From a virus (taxonomy: Duplodnaviria > Caudoviricetes), in the IMG/VR virus record IMGVR_UViG_3300022876_000002: a stretch of 64,000 bases of DNA, one strand, 5' to 3'. Shown in pieces: positions 54,909-63,999 of the stretch; the stretch's first letter is position 1; every line of letters starts with the position of its first letter. Made by a program: the position numbers and the translations under genes. The notes beneath the pieces are model-generated. The model made no database searches and was not told the origin of the DNA. It saw only the letters and a list, made by a program, of their open reading frames with translations.

Positions 54909-56600
54909 CTATTCGGAGAGGGCTTCTGCCCGTACGTCGTGGTTTTCCGCGGCGCTCTGAATCATCAGCAACTGGATGTGGGTAAAAAAAGCCATGATCG
55001 GATCGATCGGGGTGTAGCCCAGCTTACGCAGCTTGATGTTGTCCGGATCTTCCAGATGACCTTGATTGGTCTTGCACTTCGGACAGTCGAAGTTCTGCAG
55101 GCCGACGAAGGTCTTCGACAGGAACGGAACCTTGTTGATGATATCTCGGGTCAGCGCACGGTTGAGCCATGGGCTGTCCTTGATAACCTCCAACAGACCA
55201 CCGTTGAAGTCGTTCATGTCTTTGGCATTCTGCCGATCCAGGATGTGGTCCTTGTCATCGGAGTCAGGTGCTGCCACAGCCACGAACTTCGAGATCCAGT
55301 GGATGTACTCAGTGGCACCCAGGTCGGTGTACAGCATATTGCGCTGGGTGTCGTACTCTTCCGGATCGATGATGCTGGTACGCAGTTCAGCCAGCTTAGG
55401 CGAGATCCGACCGGCGTAGTAGTCGAAGGTCATGAACGCATCGGCCAACGACGGCGAAGCCAGCTCCAGGTAAAGTGACTGGTCTTCGTTGTACACCTTG
55501 TTGGTGTCCAAGCCGAAGTGTGCTGCATTGATCAGCACCAGGGTTTCTTCGCTGGTGTAAGTGACCTTGTGGTTGAAGAGGTTAGCGTAGATCGCAGCCT
55601 CTTCATCCGTGGTGTGGTAGTCACGGTGGTGTACCAGGAGTTCAGGATCTACCAGTTGAAAGTCTTTCCAGTCACAACCAGGCTTGGAGCAGATCAGTTG
55701 CATGCCAACACCTTTGCTGGTGTAAGCGCGCAGCAGAGCCATGGTCAGTGCATCGATATCCGACCAACGAATGATCGAGGCCAGCTGACGGTAGTCACCG
55801 ATGTCGCTGATACTGGAATAGGTCAGACGCTCGGCAATGAAGTTCCAGATAACGCGAGCAGCAGCCACACGGGCCAGTACTACGCTATTGTTGTTCACTT
55901 GACGCACGTAGCCTTTGATCGACGCTTTGATGTCGTTGATCAGCTGACCCATGTCCATCTTGGACGGACGAGCCATTACCAGCTTGGTGAACGAGTTGCG
56001 CAGCTCGATGTCGAACATCAAGCGACCGTCTTCGGCCTTCAGGGAACGACGACGCATGATCTCAGAGTCTTTCAGACCCTTGCCACCGTTACCAGGCTTA
56101 CGACCGGAGATATCTGGAGTTACCAGACCGCCACGGTCGGAGACGTTGGAGATTCCGAGCTCACGGATCGCATTGGACCGGCTACGGACGTCGTCCAGGT
56201 ATTCGGTGTAGAACGCCACCATGCGCTGTGCTTTGTCTTCGGCTTCTTCCAGAGTCAGGTCTGGGTAGTTGTCTTCGACAAAGCGAGCCCAGTCTTGGTT
56301 CTGCTTTTCAGCAGCCAGGGCATAACGCTGTGGGTCTTCCTGCGCATAGCGCTCGACGGTAAGCTTCTGGATGTACGGAGACATCAGCTTAGCATCGTGG
56401 TCACGGCTTTCTTTACTGTTTCCAAGAAATACCGTGATGAAGCCCTGCGCCCGCTCGTCTTCAGTAAGCTGACGGATAAAGCTGTTCTTTGGCTCTACCC
56501 GGGTATTCATGGTGGTGTTGCCAGCCTCGTGCACCTGGCTATAGCTAGCCTTCGGGCGCTCTGGTACTGGTTGTCCTTCGTTCAGTTCGTCATTAGACAT
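54909..56600 (-). CDS. T4 gp26-like baseplate-hub / tail-assembly chaperone
   Basis: 563 aa; IELRNSFTKLVMARPSKMD...SDIDALTMALLRAYTSKGV...CSKPGC and C-terminal CPKC match the gp26 pattern as remembered. Confidence 0.55.
   Translation of the reverse strand: MSNDELNEGQPVPERPKASYSQVHEAGNTTMNTRVEPKNSFIRQLTEDERAQGFITVFLGNSKESRDHDAKLMSPYIQKLTVERYAQEDPQRYALAAEKQNQDWARFVEDNYPDLTLEEAEDKAQRMVAFYTEYLDDVRSRSNAIRELGISNVSDRGGLVTPDISGRKPGNGGKGLKDSEIMRRRSLKAEDGRLMFDIELRNSFTKLVMARPSKMDMGQLINDIKASIKGYVRQVNNNSVVLARVAAARVIWNFIAERLTYSSISDIGDYRQLASIIRWSDIDALTMALLRAYTSKGVGMQLICSKPGCDWKDFQLVDPELLVHHRDYHTTDEEAAIYANLFNHKVTYTSEETLVLINAAHFGLDTNKVYNEDQSLYLELASPSLADAFMTFDYYAGRISPKLAELRTSIIDPEEYDTQRNMLYTDLGATEYIHWISKFVAVAAPDSDDKDHILDRQNAKDMNDFNGGLLEVIKDSPWLNRALTRDIINKVPFLSKTFVGLQNFDCPKCKTNQGHLEDPDNIKLRKLGYTPIDPIMAFFTHIQLLMIQSAAENHDVRAEALSE
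54984..54990 (-). other. Candidate programmed -1 frameshift site T-TTT-TTT
   Basis: ATG GCT TTT TTT ACC; -1 frame has no stop through to the 155-aa ORF. Confidence 0.6.
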
Positions 56601-56611
56601 AAAACAAACCC

Positions 56612-57379
56612 TTAGTTGATATCTTTGATCACGCGAGGCTCGTCACCCATCGGGGTGAGTTCAGCCATGGAGATGTCACCAGCTTCGATGAACTCGGCGG
56701 GAAGGTCGTCTTCTTCATCGGCAGGCGACTCAGGTACTTCTACCTGGGCGATAGTACGATACAGGTGTTGAATACGGGCGATACGCTGGTCGTGCAACTC
56801 GAACGCGTAGTTCATGTCGGTAGTACCGGGTTCTTTGTGTTCTTTGGTGTACTCTTCGATCATTGCCTGGTTAGGCTTCAGTAGTTCTTCGAATACCGGA
56901 CGGGCGTGGAAGTGCATGCACTCGGTCACGTTGTCGAACAGGTGGACGTAGATCTCGACGAAGTCGTCCATGGTCTGGCCTTCATCCATCAGGATGCGGA
57001 TCGCAGTCATGTCTTCGGCGATTTGCACGATCAGACGGTCGAAGTTGTCTACCAGTTCCTGGATAGCTGGCGTGAACTCGATCTTGCCCTCGTTCTTGAG
57101 GATCTCGGCAACTTCCACAGCGGAGTGGATAGGTGCGAACATTTCCACGATGCCCAGGATCTGTTTAGTGACCTCCAGGTTATCCGGCAGTTTCTTGCCT
57201 TGCTTCTTGTCGACCAGAAGATCCTTGTACTTTCCGACGGTAGCCATGATACCCTTGCTGGCCAGTTCGAACTGGAGCTTGGAATTGGAAACCCGACGGA
57301 CTTCAGTCTTCTTGCCACCTTTACGCTTCTTAGCGCGTTGTTGACGTTTTGCTGCCATGGCTTGATTTTTAGTGCCCAT
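56612..57379 (-). CDS. Hypothetical protein with highly basic N-terminus and acidic C-terminus
   Basis: 255 aa; AAKRQQRAKKRKGGKKTEVRR; strong C-ending codon bias. Confidence 0.75.
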   Translation of the reverse strand: MGTKNQAMAAKRQQRAKKRKGGKKTEVRRVSNSKLQFELASKGIMATVGKYKDLLVDKKQGKKLPDNLEVTKQILGIVEMFAPIHSAVEVAEILKNEGKIEFTPAIQELVDNFDRLIVQIAEDMTAIRILMDEGQTMDDFVEIYVHLFDNVTECMHFHARPVFEELLKPNQAMIEEYTKEHKEPGTTDMNYAFELHDQRIARIQHLYRTIAQVEVPESPADEEDDLPAEFIEAGDISMAELTPMGDEPRVIKDIN

Positions 57380-57417
57380 GAATGCTATGTTCCCTTTGAC
57401 CTGGTCGTGGAGTTTAT

Positions 57418-58374
57418 ATGTTAATCAATGCTGAAGAAGCCATTTTGCTAGCTGACGATGAAGACCTAGCGGCAAATGTCATCGGCGGCCCATGGTTGCT
57501 GTTTAAGCAAACCATCCCTGAGGCACAGGCTAAAATATTGGTCAATGCGTTTAATTTAATTCTGCTGACTGATGGTGCGACCAGTGAACCCGAAGAGATC
57601 GATGAAGACTCGATCATGGGACGTACCGGATCACTCCTACCAGTCATGGTGCAGAACCTGTTAGTGGATGAGGCGGTGTCCACCCCTAACAAGAAAGCGC
57701 ATATGTACGAGTTCATGATTGACAATACAATGTCTTTATTACAAGGCATTGGTATTACCCTAGATGAGAAGTACACCACAGCAGAAATGCTGCCGTTCAT
57801 CTGTAAGATAGGGTACTTCTTCTATGAGATGCAGGGCTACCAAGACCTGATTGGTTTGGCTTCTTCGTTGGAGTCATATGACGTAGCCCCAGTAGATCGT
57901 TTCCTGCTGGTGATGCAACGTTACCTCGGTGAGGAAACCGACATGACCAACTACGAACTACTGATCTCGGACGTCTCGGAAGTAACACTCAAAGCTATCA
58001 AAGACGGGTTGGAAGGTGATGACCCATCAGTAGGGCTCCCAGAGCCTCTGATCAAGCGTGTGAAGGCGAACATCCCTTCACTCGAAGGTACGATAGCCTA
58101 CACGCACATTCGCTCCAATGGGCAGCTTGGGGGCTCTGTAGAGAGCTTCTTGAACTTCTTCCAACAAGAGCTTCGTCCACTGGTAGATAACCTTACTGGT
58201 GACAACGTCTTGCCATACTTCAAAGAGCTGATTGGTTTCTATCTGATCAGTGAGGTTAATGACCACGCCATCCGTAACCACCTGAACAAGGCAGTGTACG
58301 ATCTGGTGGATGACATGGTTATTCTTAACAAGGCAGAAGCACTGATCAATAAGCTGGTACTCGCTAATGACTAA
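57418..58374 (+). CDS. Hypothetical protein co-transcribed with the virion RNAP subunit
   Basis: 318 aa; GGAG upstream; overlaps the next gene. Confidence 0.7.
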   Translation: MLINAEEAILLADDEDLAANVIGGPWLLFKQTIPEAQAKILVNAFNLILLTDGATSEPEEIDEDSIMGRTGSLLPVMVQNLLVDEAVSTPNKKAHMYEFMIDNTMSLLQGIGITLDEKYTTAEMLPFICKIGYFFYEMQGYQDLIGLASSLESYDVAPVDRFLLVMQRYLGEETDMTNYELLISDVSEVTLKAIKDGLEGDDPSVGLPEPLIKRVKANIPSLEGTIAYTHIRSNGQLGGSVESFLNFFQQELRPLVDNLTGDNVLPYFKELIGFYLISEVNDHAIRNHLNKAVYDLVDDMVILNKAEALINKLVLAND

Positions 58375-59662
58375 ATTAGAATTCCTAAAGATCTGGTTAG
58401 CTAACCAGGGCTATGCTGAGAAGGCTGCTGTACAGTCAGTGATCTCGATTCAGTTTGAAGACGAGGACTCTGCTGGTGCTTTCCGTAAAGTCCCTTGGGC
58501 TGTCTGGGTTGAAGGCGGTGTGTATAAATGCCACATTGATGGTTCGGATGTGACCATAGATGGCAAAGTAGATCGTCCGTTGTTTGTTAACGACGATTAC
58601 ATCGATCTACCTGGCGACTTCCATCCGGTACTACGTGGCGCTAAGACCGACACTACCTTCGGTCTGTTGTTGTTCAACATTATCCTGTTCTGGGAAGTGT
58701 TCGGTACCAAGGTGCCTTACGTTAACGAGGAGTTTACTCCTAAGCTTATCCAAGGGTTCTTGTCTGACCTGATGGTAGACAACCCCAAGGAAGGCGAGCA
58801 GGTGCCTGAGGGTAAAGCCTCGGTAGACGACTGCATGAAGTTCACCCGTCACTGTAACTTCCTGGAAGGCCTGGGTACCTACTTCGTGCGGCCTGGTGGG
58901 ATTGAGATGCTCACCATCAGTCCTGCTATCCTCAAGCGTAAAGACGAGCTGATGGCTAAGCTGAAAGCCGACGGCAAGATGAACGACCCAGTAGCTGTAA
59001 CTAAGGCTATTGATGAGCTCGTCAAAATGGACCGTGAGGAGATCATGAACGGTCCTGGGGCTACGTTTATCATTAACGATGGCTTCATCAGTAACGCCCG
59101 TAAACGTATGTTCATCGCCTTTGGTATTGAACCTAAAGGTGACGGTTGGGTGTTCCTCAACATGTCCCTGGATGAGGGCATGGATCCAGATGAGATCGTG
59201 GCGTATATCAACACAGCTATTGCTGGTTCGTATAGCCGTTCGAAATCTACTGGTGAAGGCGGTGCACAGGTTAAAGAGGTACTGAAACTCGTAGGTCGTC
59301 GTAAGGTCGATCTGGCTGACTGCGGTACTACTGTTGGTGAGCCAATCCAGATGCATGAACTTACTGCTCAGAAATGGGCTGGTAGTTTTTACATCGTTAA
59401 TGGTAAGACCGAACAGTTAACCAAAGAGGTGGCACTGGCTAGCTTCGGCAAACGTCTGGTTATCCGTACCCCTAATGGTTGCCGTAACCCTGAGGGTAAC
59501 TACTGTGCTACTTGCTGTGGTACTGGCTTGGGTAAACTGGCTACTCGTCTGTCTGCTGAGGTCGTGCGTATCCCTACCAACATGATGCTGGGGCGTATGA
59601 AAGCTGCTCACGTGGCTGGTGGTAAGACTACTCGGTTGAACCTGGCTACTGCGATCAAATAA
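58367..59662 (+). CDS. rpoC: Virion RNA polymerase beta' subunit, C-terminal part (phiKZ gp80-like)
   Basis: Bridge helix GSYSRSKSTGEGGAQVK...DCGT, zinc site C..CATCCG, trigger loop MMLGRMKAAHVAGG. Confidence 0.85.
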   Translation: MTKLEFLKIWLANQGYAEKAAVQSVISIQFEDEDSAGAFRKVPWAVWVEGGVYKCHIDGSDVTIDGKVDRPLFVNDDYIDLPGDFHPVLRGAKTDTTFGLLLFNIILFWEVFGTKVPYVNEEFTPKLIQGFLSDLMVDNPKEGEQVPEGKASVDDCMKFTRHCNFLEGLGTYFVRPGGIEMLTISPAILKRKDELMAKLKADGKMNDPVAVTKAIDELVKMDREEIMNGPGATFIINDGFISNARKRMFIAFGIEPKGDGWVFLNMSLDEGMDPDEIVAYINTAIAGSYSRSKSTGEGGAQVKEVLKLVGRRKVDLADCGTTVGEPIQMHELTAQKWAGSFYIVNGKTEQLTKEVALASFGKRLVIRTPNGCRNPEGNYCATCCGTGLGKLATRLSAEVVRIPTNMMLGRMKAAHVAGGKTTRLNLATAIK

Positions 59663-59712
59663 CAAAAAAATAAACCTTACCTACTCCTAGTCCCTTGCGG
59701 GACTAGGAGTAG
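59663..59712 (-). terminator. Intrinsic terminator at a convergent junction
   Basis: 14-bp stem 59681-59712, GCAA loop on minus strand, A-tract at 59664-59670. Confidence 0.75.
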
Positions 59713-59720
59713 TGCAGGAA

Positions 59721-60323
59721 TTAACTACGCTGATTGAACAAAGCGTTCTGGAACGACAGCTTGCTCGGGTCAAACAATGCCTTGAGTTCTGCAACTCCGG
59801 GATCTTGGTCAAATATCAAATCAGCCAAACTGACTGGTCTGGTATCTGGGGTGCTCTTCGGCATAATACAAAATGCGATACGGTCAGGCAAATGGAGTGC
59901 GTTAAAACGGAACCCCTTTGCTATCTGTGGATCTTGGAATACTTCATCCAGTGAATGAATCTCACCAGGATCGTTAAACTCTTCAATGGAGATAATCGCG
60001 ATACCTAGTTTGTCTGCGATCTGTTCGTGGGCGTCGGAGTTGAACCCGTACTCTTTCTCGTCGAGGAAGATCCCACATTCTTCATTGAGTTGCTTATTGA
60101 TATCCAGCAGATAATCAATGGACAAATCATACTGACAGACGTCATCGGGTTGTTCGAGGTCACAATCATCCATGGTCTCGAACGTACCTATTTTGCCTAC
60201 CCGCAAGACTGACAGTATGGAATAGATCGCCTCCAACACCAGGAAGCCCATAAAGGACTCACTGGCATCGGAATAGAGCTCGTCCCTAGTCTCTGGATCC
60301 AGACGTATTATGAAGTTGTGCAT
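59721..60323 (-). CDS. Hypothetical acidic protein
   Basis: 200 aa in the operon downstream of the helicase. Confidence 0.65.
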   Translation of the reverse strand: MHNFIIRLDPETRDELYSDASESFMGFLVLEAIYSILSVLRVGKIGTFETMDDCDLEQPDDVCQYDLSIDYLLDINKQLNEECGIFLDEKEYGFNSDAHEQIADKLGIAIISIEEFNDPGEIHSLDEVFQDPQIAKGFRFNALHLPDRIAFCIMPKSTPDTRPVSLADLIFDQDPGVAELKALFDPSKLSFQNALFNQRS

Positions 60324-60326
60324 TCA

Positions 60327-60731
60327 TCATGATCCTTCACTCAATGTGATGATCAGTTGCAGACCCATGTTGGTCAGACCATTGATCGTGAACGGTTTAC
60401 CCTTGTACGGCACCAGGGTGTGCAAAGCTTCCTGGAACTTGGGGGTCTGTTCGTACATGGCAAACGAGTTGTACAACTCTTGAGCTTCCAGCGAGTAGAA
60501 GTTGTTGAGCTGGTCAACAGTCTGCATGGTGACCGGTGGAGTGATATACTGCTCTACCAGGGTACGTGCGATGTTGTCGAACGGAATACCAGTCATCATG
60601 GAACGCACACGGTGCTCCAAGAGTTTCTGGACGAGGAAATAGTTGCGGAGTTCCTCGATACCTGGAGTGGCAATGAACAGGGTACCGTATTCCGGAATAA
60701 TGGAGCGGGCGATAGGGCTGGTGGTGGTCAT
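60327..60731 (-). CDS. Hypothetical protein
   Basis: 134 aa; ATGA overlap; strong codon bias. Confidence 0.7.
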   Translation of the reverse strand: MTTTSPIARSIIPEYGTLFIATPGIEELRNYFLVQKLLEHRVRSMMTGIPFDNIARTLVEQYITPPVTMQTVDQLNNFYSLEAQELYNSFAMYEQTPKFQEALHTLVPYKGKPFTINGLTNMGLQLIITLSEGS

Positions 60732-61198
60732 GCTTGTAATCCTCGGATAGCCACGGCAATGTGGGTTGCGTGTATTTGAACAGTGACACTCTTTATGACA
60801 ACTGCTTCATATAGAGCGTCGATAGCCTCCCTGTTTAACGTCACTACTTCCTCAAAGAACGTCCCGATAGACTCACAGAGTAAAGCTATCGTTCGATCAG
60901 GATCGTGTTGGTACCGTTCCAGATCTGCACGCCCAGCGCTGCCCATAATGAAGGGCATTTGTTCTAACTCGTAGATGTAATCCTTGAGCTTGGTGTAATA
61001 CCAGGTATCGTCATTGGCTTCATCCGGATCAGCGTAAGCTAATATGAACGACTCCAGACTATCCCTGAGTGTTTGTAATACAAGGTCGCTATAACCGCTT
61101 AATCCTTCCGGCGCTGGCAGGATAAGGCTAAACGACCCTTCTGGATTGAGTAGACTAGGCATGATCAACCTATTCTTTTTCCATTGTTCGTCGCTCAT
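60728..61198 (-). CDS. Hypothetical protein
   Basis: 156 aa. Confidence 0.65.
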   Translation of the reverse strand: MSDEQWKKNRLIMPSLLNPEGSFSLILPAPEGLSGYSDLVLQTLRDSLESFILAYADPDEANDDTWYYTKLKDYIYELEQMPFIMGSAGRADLERYQHDPDRTIALLCESIGTFFEEVVTLNREAIDALYEAVVIKSVTVQIHATHIAVAIRGLQA

Positions 61199-61228
61199 GA
61201 CAGAGCCTTAATAAGGTACAACGCGCTA

Positions 61229-62764
61229 CTATTGCAGCGCGAGACCCGATGTAATTGTTTTCCACGACTTCTGCTTGGGAGCAAAAGCCAGCTTACGTTT
61301 ATGGTAGCAATCGCCATGCTTAGCGATATCCACACATACGGGGAATATGAAACGTGGAGTGATACGACCACCGAACTTACCTAACAGGTTACGCAGGCGG
61401 CCAATCATTTGTTTGTTACGTTGTATAGAGAACACAGTGTGGAAAGATATACAAGTAATCGCACCAGGGATATCTTTACCAGTACCACAACTACCCGGAG
61501 TGGTTACCAGGTTCTCGTGCTCTAAATACTTCTTGGGTGTTTTCTTGTCCAGGGTACCCAAGAACGTATCAAAGTCTGCACCAGGATACTTTTCCCTGAA
61601 CTTTTCCTTCATTACTAAGCACATCTCGATCAGAGTAAAGAAGAAGATACATTTAGTTCCCTCCTCCTTAGCGTCGAGGTAGTAGCGTTGATAAATGTCA
61701 TCTGCCAACTGGAAGTAGAAGTCTGTTGCCTCCTTACTTCGCAAGATGGACTTTTCCAATGCAATGTCGTTGTAGGTACCACCCTGCATTGTCTGGATTT
61801 TGTACTTACGTATATCCATTTGGTAGAGATACGCAAAGATGTCGATGTAGTTCTCAGGCTCTGCCTCTTTAAGCCTGGTCTCTTTAGGCGCCATCGCCTG
61901 ATACATTTTGTTGAGGAACGGATCGTCCCCCTTCATAGTAGCAGACAGCATGAACGTCTTGGCCACGTTGCCGTAGAACATCGACAATGTAACTTCGTGG
62001 AACGACTCGTGTGCTTCGTCGATAATACGCAACCCAGGGTTGATATTAGCGATGATCTCGTCCAGGCAAGGTAAGTTACCATTCTTGCGACGGGAACGCA
62101 TATACGTGCTTATACGAGTCGTAGGGAGGATAATGATCTTAGGATCGATCTTACCTTCCTTACAGAGTTCACCCAACCTAGGCAGGTCGGTGTACTCCCA
62201 AACCAATACATCCTTCGGCGAGATATTGAACATCTCTGCCAAGTCTTTCTGCCAGATGGGAATGTAACGTGGCTGGATAGTAATGATCGTCCGCTTCTGC
62301 ATCAACATCATGCAGTACAGAGCCATGTACGTCTTACCTAGACCCGTGGAGGCTTCGTTTACTTTGAGGGCCCCAGGACCCATTTTGTATTCGATCCACT
62401 CCTTCTGGTTTTCGCGTGGTGTGTTGTATTTCTCCTTAATACTAAATTCAGCATGCGCTCCTTCAATGACGGGTTCGTCTTTGACTTGGATACGAGCACG
62501 GTTGAAGCCCTGCGATGCAGCTAAGCGTAACAGGGGCTCCAATACCGACTTAGGCATGCGGTACTCAGAACGGTCATTGCTAGTGCGGGCAAACACATGT
62601 GTGGGCACCCAGCGTTTCTTGCGTGTACCAGGGATTGGTTCTTGACCGTACTTCGTTAACTCCATTTTGCAGTACTTACGCAGTACTAAGTTCTCGAAAC
62701 CATCTCCGAAATCAAATATGCGTATGTAGTTATTAGCGACGCTTATCGTAGCAACGGAACGCAT
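61229..62764 (-). CDS. SF2 (UvsW-like) DEAH helicase (phiKZ gp75-like)
   Basis: EASTGLGKT, IIDEAHE, LSAT, TTPGSCGTGKDIP, QMIGRLR motifs. Confidence 0.9.
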   Translation of the reverse strand: MRSVATISVANNYIRIFDFGDGFENLVLRKYCKMELTKYGQEPIPGTRKKRWVPTHVFARTSNDRSEYRMPKSVLEPLLRLAASQGFNRARIQVKDEPVIEGAHAEFSIKEKYNTPRENQKEWIEYKMGPGALKVNEASTGLGKTYMALYCMMLMQKRTIITIQPRYIPIWQKDLAEMFNISPKDVLVWEYTDLPRLGELCKEGKIDPKIIILPTTRISTYMRSRRKNGNLPCLDEIIANINPGLRIIDEAHESFHEVTLSMFYGNVAKTFMLSATMKGDDPFLNKMYQAMAPKETRLKEAEPENYIDIFAYLYQMDIRKYKIQTMQGGTYNDIALEKSILRSKEATDFYFQLADDIYQRYYLDAKEEGTKCIFFFTLIEMCLVMKEKFREKYPGADFDTFLGTLDKKTPKKYLEHENLVTTPGSCGTGKDIPGAITCISFHTVFSIQRNKQMIGRLRNLLGKFGGRITPRFIFPVCVDIAKHGDCYHKRKLAFAPKQKSWKTITSGLALQ

Positions 62765-62788
62765 CTAATACCTCTAATACGGTAGGGG

Positions 62789-62820
62789 AGGGGTGACCCT
62801 CCCTTACGGGAGGTACCCTT
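62789..62820 (-). other. Intergenic hairpin with GUAA loop and no U-tract
   Basis: CCUCCC-GUAA-GGGAGG core; overlaps an alternative GGGAGGG/CCCTCCC pairing. Confidence 0.4.
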
Positions 62821-63999
62821 TTACGACACCGCGTGTTGGAAGTAGGTCTCCAGCGGACTTGGTTGCCTGTCTTTAACCAGGAAGGTTTTGATGTTGGACA
62901 ATACCCCTTGTTGGCCTTCCGCGATCATCAGACCGCCTGCGCCTCGGTTCTTGACACACACCATAAAGTTCTCAAAGTACTTAGGACCACTACCCAAGGC
63001 TAGCTTATACGACAAGTTAGCAGGGTCTTTACACAGCAACGATGCGAGCATAGACTCCGCATGTACGATGTTGATACCCTTGGTTTCTTGGTTGATCAGG
63101 GTCCAGAATTCACCGAGTACCTCGCCAAAGATCTTCGGTGTAACTGGTTGCGACTTCCAGGCACTGTTACGTTTATTGAATGTCATGAAGTTCTCTACAC
63201 GCCCTCGGTGGGCATCCAGGGATTCACGAGTAAACGGCAGTACAAAGATTGCGTCTTCCCAGTTCCAGTCTTTGAGGTCCACTGCGATATGCTTCTTGTC
63301 CATGATCTCCCAGCCTTTCTCCAAGAGGTACTGGAGGAAGCCCAAAGAGAACCTGGATGTACGCGACGCTACCGAGGTTTGCGCCGAGTGCTGCTGAATG
63401 GTCTTACCACCGACCATCACGTCTTCGATCTCGTACTGGAAGGTTACGTCAGTCAAGTACGGAAGTTTATCCATACTGACCTCATCCAATACGTCCAGCG
63501 ACCGTAGGTCAGACAGATCCCGTTGGATCGACGACTTCAGGATCAGACGAGTACCGTCAACACACATCTCTGGCTTCAAGAAGATCTCGTTGCCGTTCGA
63601 GGTAAAGATCTGACGGTCACGCGCTGCCACATCAAAGCGACGGGTTACAGCGTTACGGATAAAGTGCTTAGTCGACAGCATTTTCTGACCAAGCGGGTTA
63701 CAGATGGTAGTTGCAGCGAACATACCAATGTTGGCATCACGTCGCATCATGGCGTTGTAAGGGATCGAAGCTTTCATAGCTCCGTAGCACTTACCACACA
63801 CCATACCGTCTTGACCGGCGTTACAGAACGCAATACTGCGGAATGCAACTGTCTCACCAGCCTTGATTTTCTTGACGGTCTTGTGGTCGATCAGCTCCAG
63901 TGTACCGTCATCCAACATCCGATGCTTACCGAGCAACGCTACAGCCATCTCGGTTGTAGACACACGGATCTCTGCCAGGTCTTGCGACCCACAGTCATA
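62821..63999 (-). CDS. rpoC: Non-virion RNA polymerase beta' subunit, C-terminal part (phiKZ gp74-like), 5'-truncated by the window edge
   Basis: Frame open to the edge (YDCGSQDLAEIRV...); zinc site C...CGKCYG; trigger loop IGMFAATTICNPLGQKMLSTKH. Confidence 0.9.
   Translation of the reverse strand, partial: YDCGSQDLAEIRVSTTEMAVALLGKHRMLDDGTLELIDHKTVKKIKAGETVAFRSIAFCNAGQDGMVCGKCYGAMKASIPYNAMMRRDANIGMFAATTICNPLGQKMLSTKHFIRNAVTRRFDVAARDRQIFTSNGNEIFLKPEMCVDGTRLILKSSIQRDLSDLRSLDVLDEVSMDKLPYLTDVTFQYEIEDVMVGGKTIQQHSAQTSVASRTSRFSLGFLQYLLEKGWEIMDKKHIAVDLKDWNWEDAIFVLPFTRESLDAHRGRVENFMTFNKRNSAWKSQPVTPKIFGEVLGEFWTLINQETKGINIVHAESMLASLLCKDPANLSYKLALGSGPKYFENFMVCVKNRGAGGLMIAEGQQGVLSNIKTFLVKDRQPSPLETYFQHAVS

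Noticed and set aside
5100-57421. Individual TATG late-promoter calls (e.g. 5105, 25573, 54392, 57386)
   Set aside because: A 4-bp motif is too common to call without TSS data, and many instances simply include a start codon.
3067-63613. Other long antisense or alternate-frame ORFs (e.g. 3067-4164, 9747-10616, 12107-13537, 17931-18935, 33592-34872, 38693-39826, 47146-48552, 55518-56615)
   Set aside because: Each lies wholly within a well-supported gene on the other strand and has no start context or motifs. Only the o-spanin overlap has an RBS and a lipobox.
20269-63999. Introns or inteins in the RNAP, helicase, DnaB or polymerase genes
   Set aside because: ORFs are uninterrupted and of expected size; no intein splice motifs or embedded HNH/LAGLIDADG ORFs seen.
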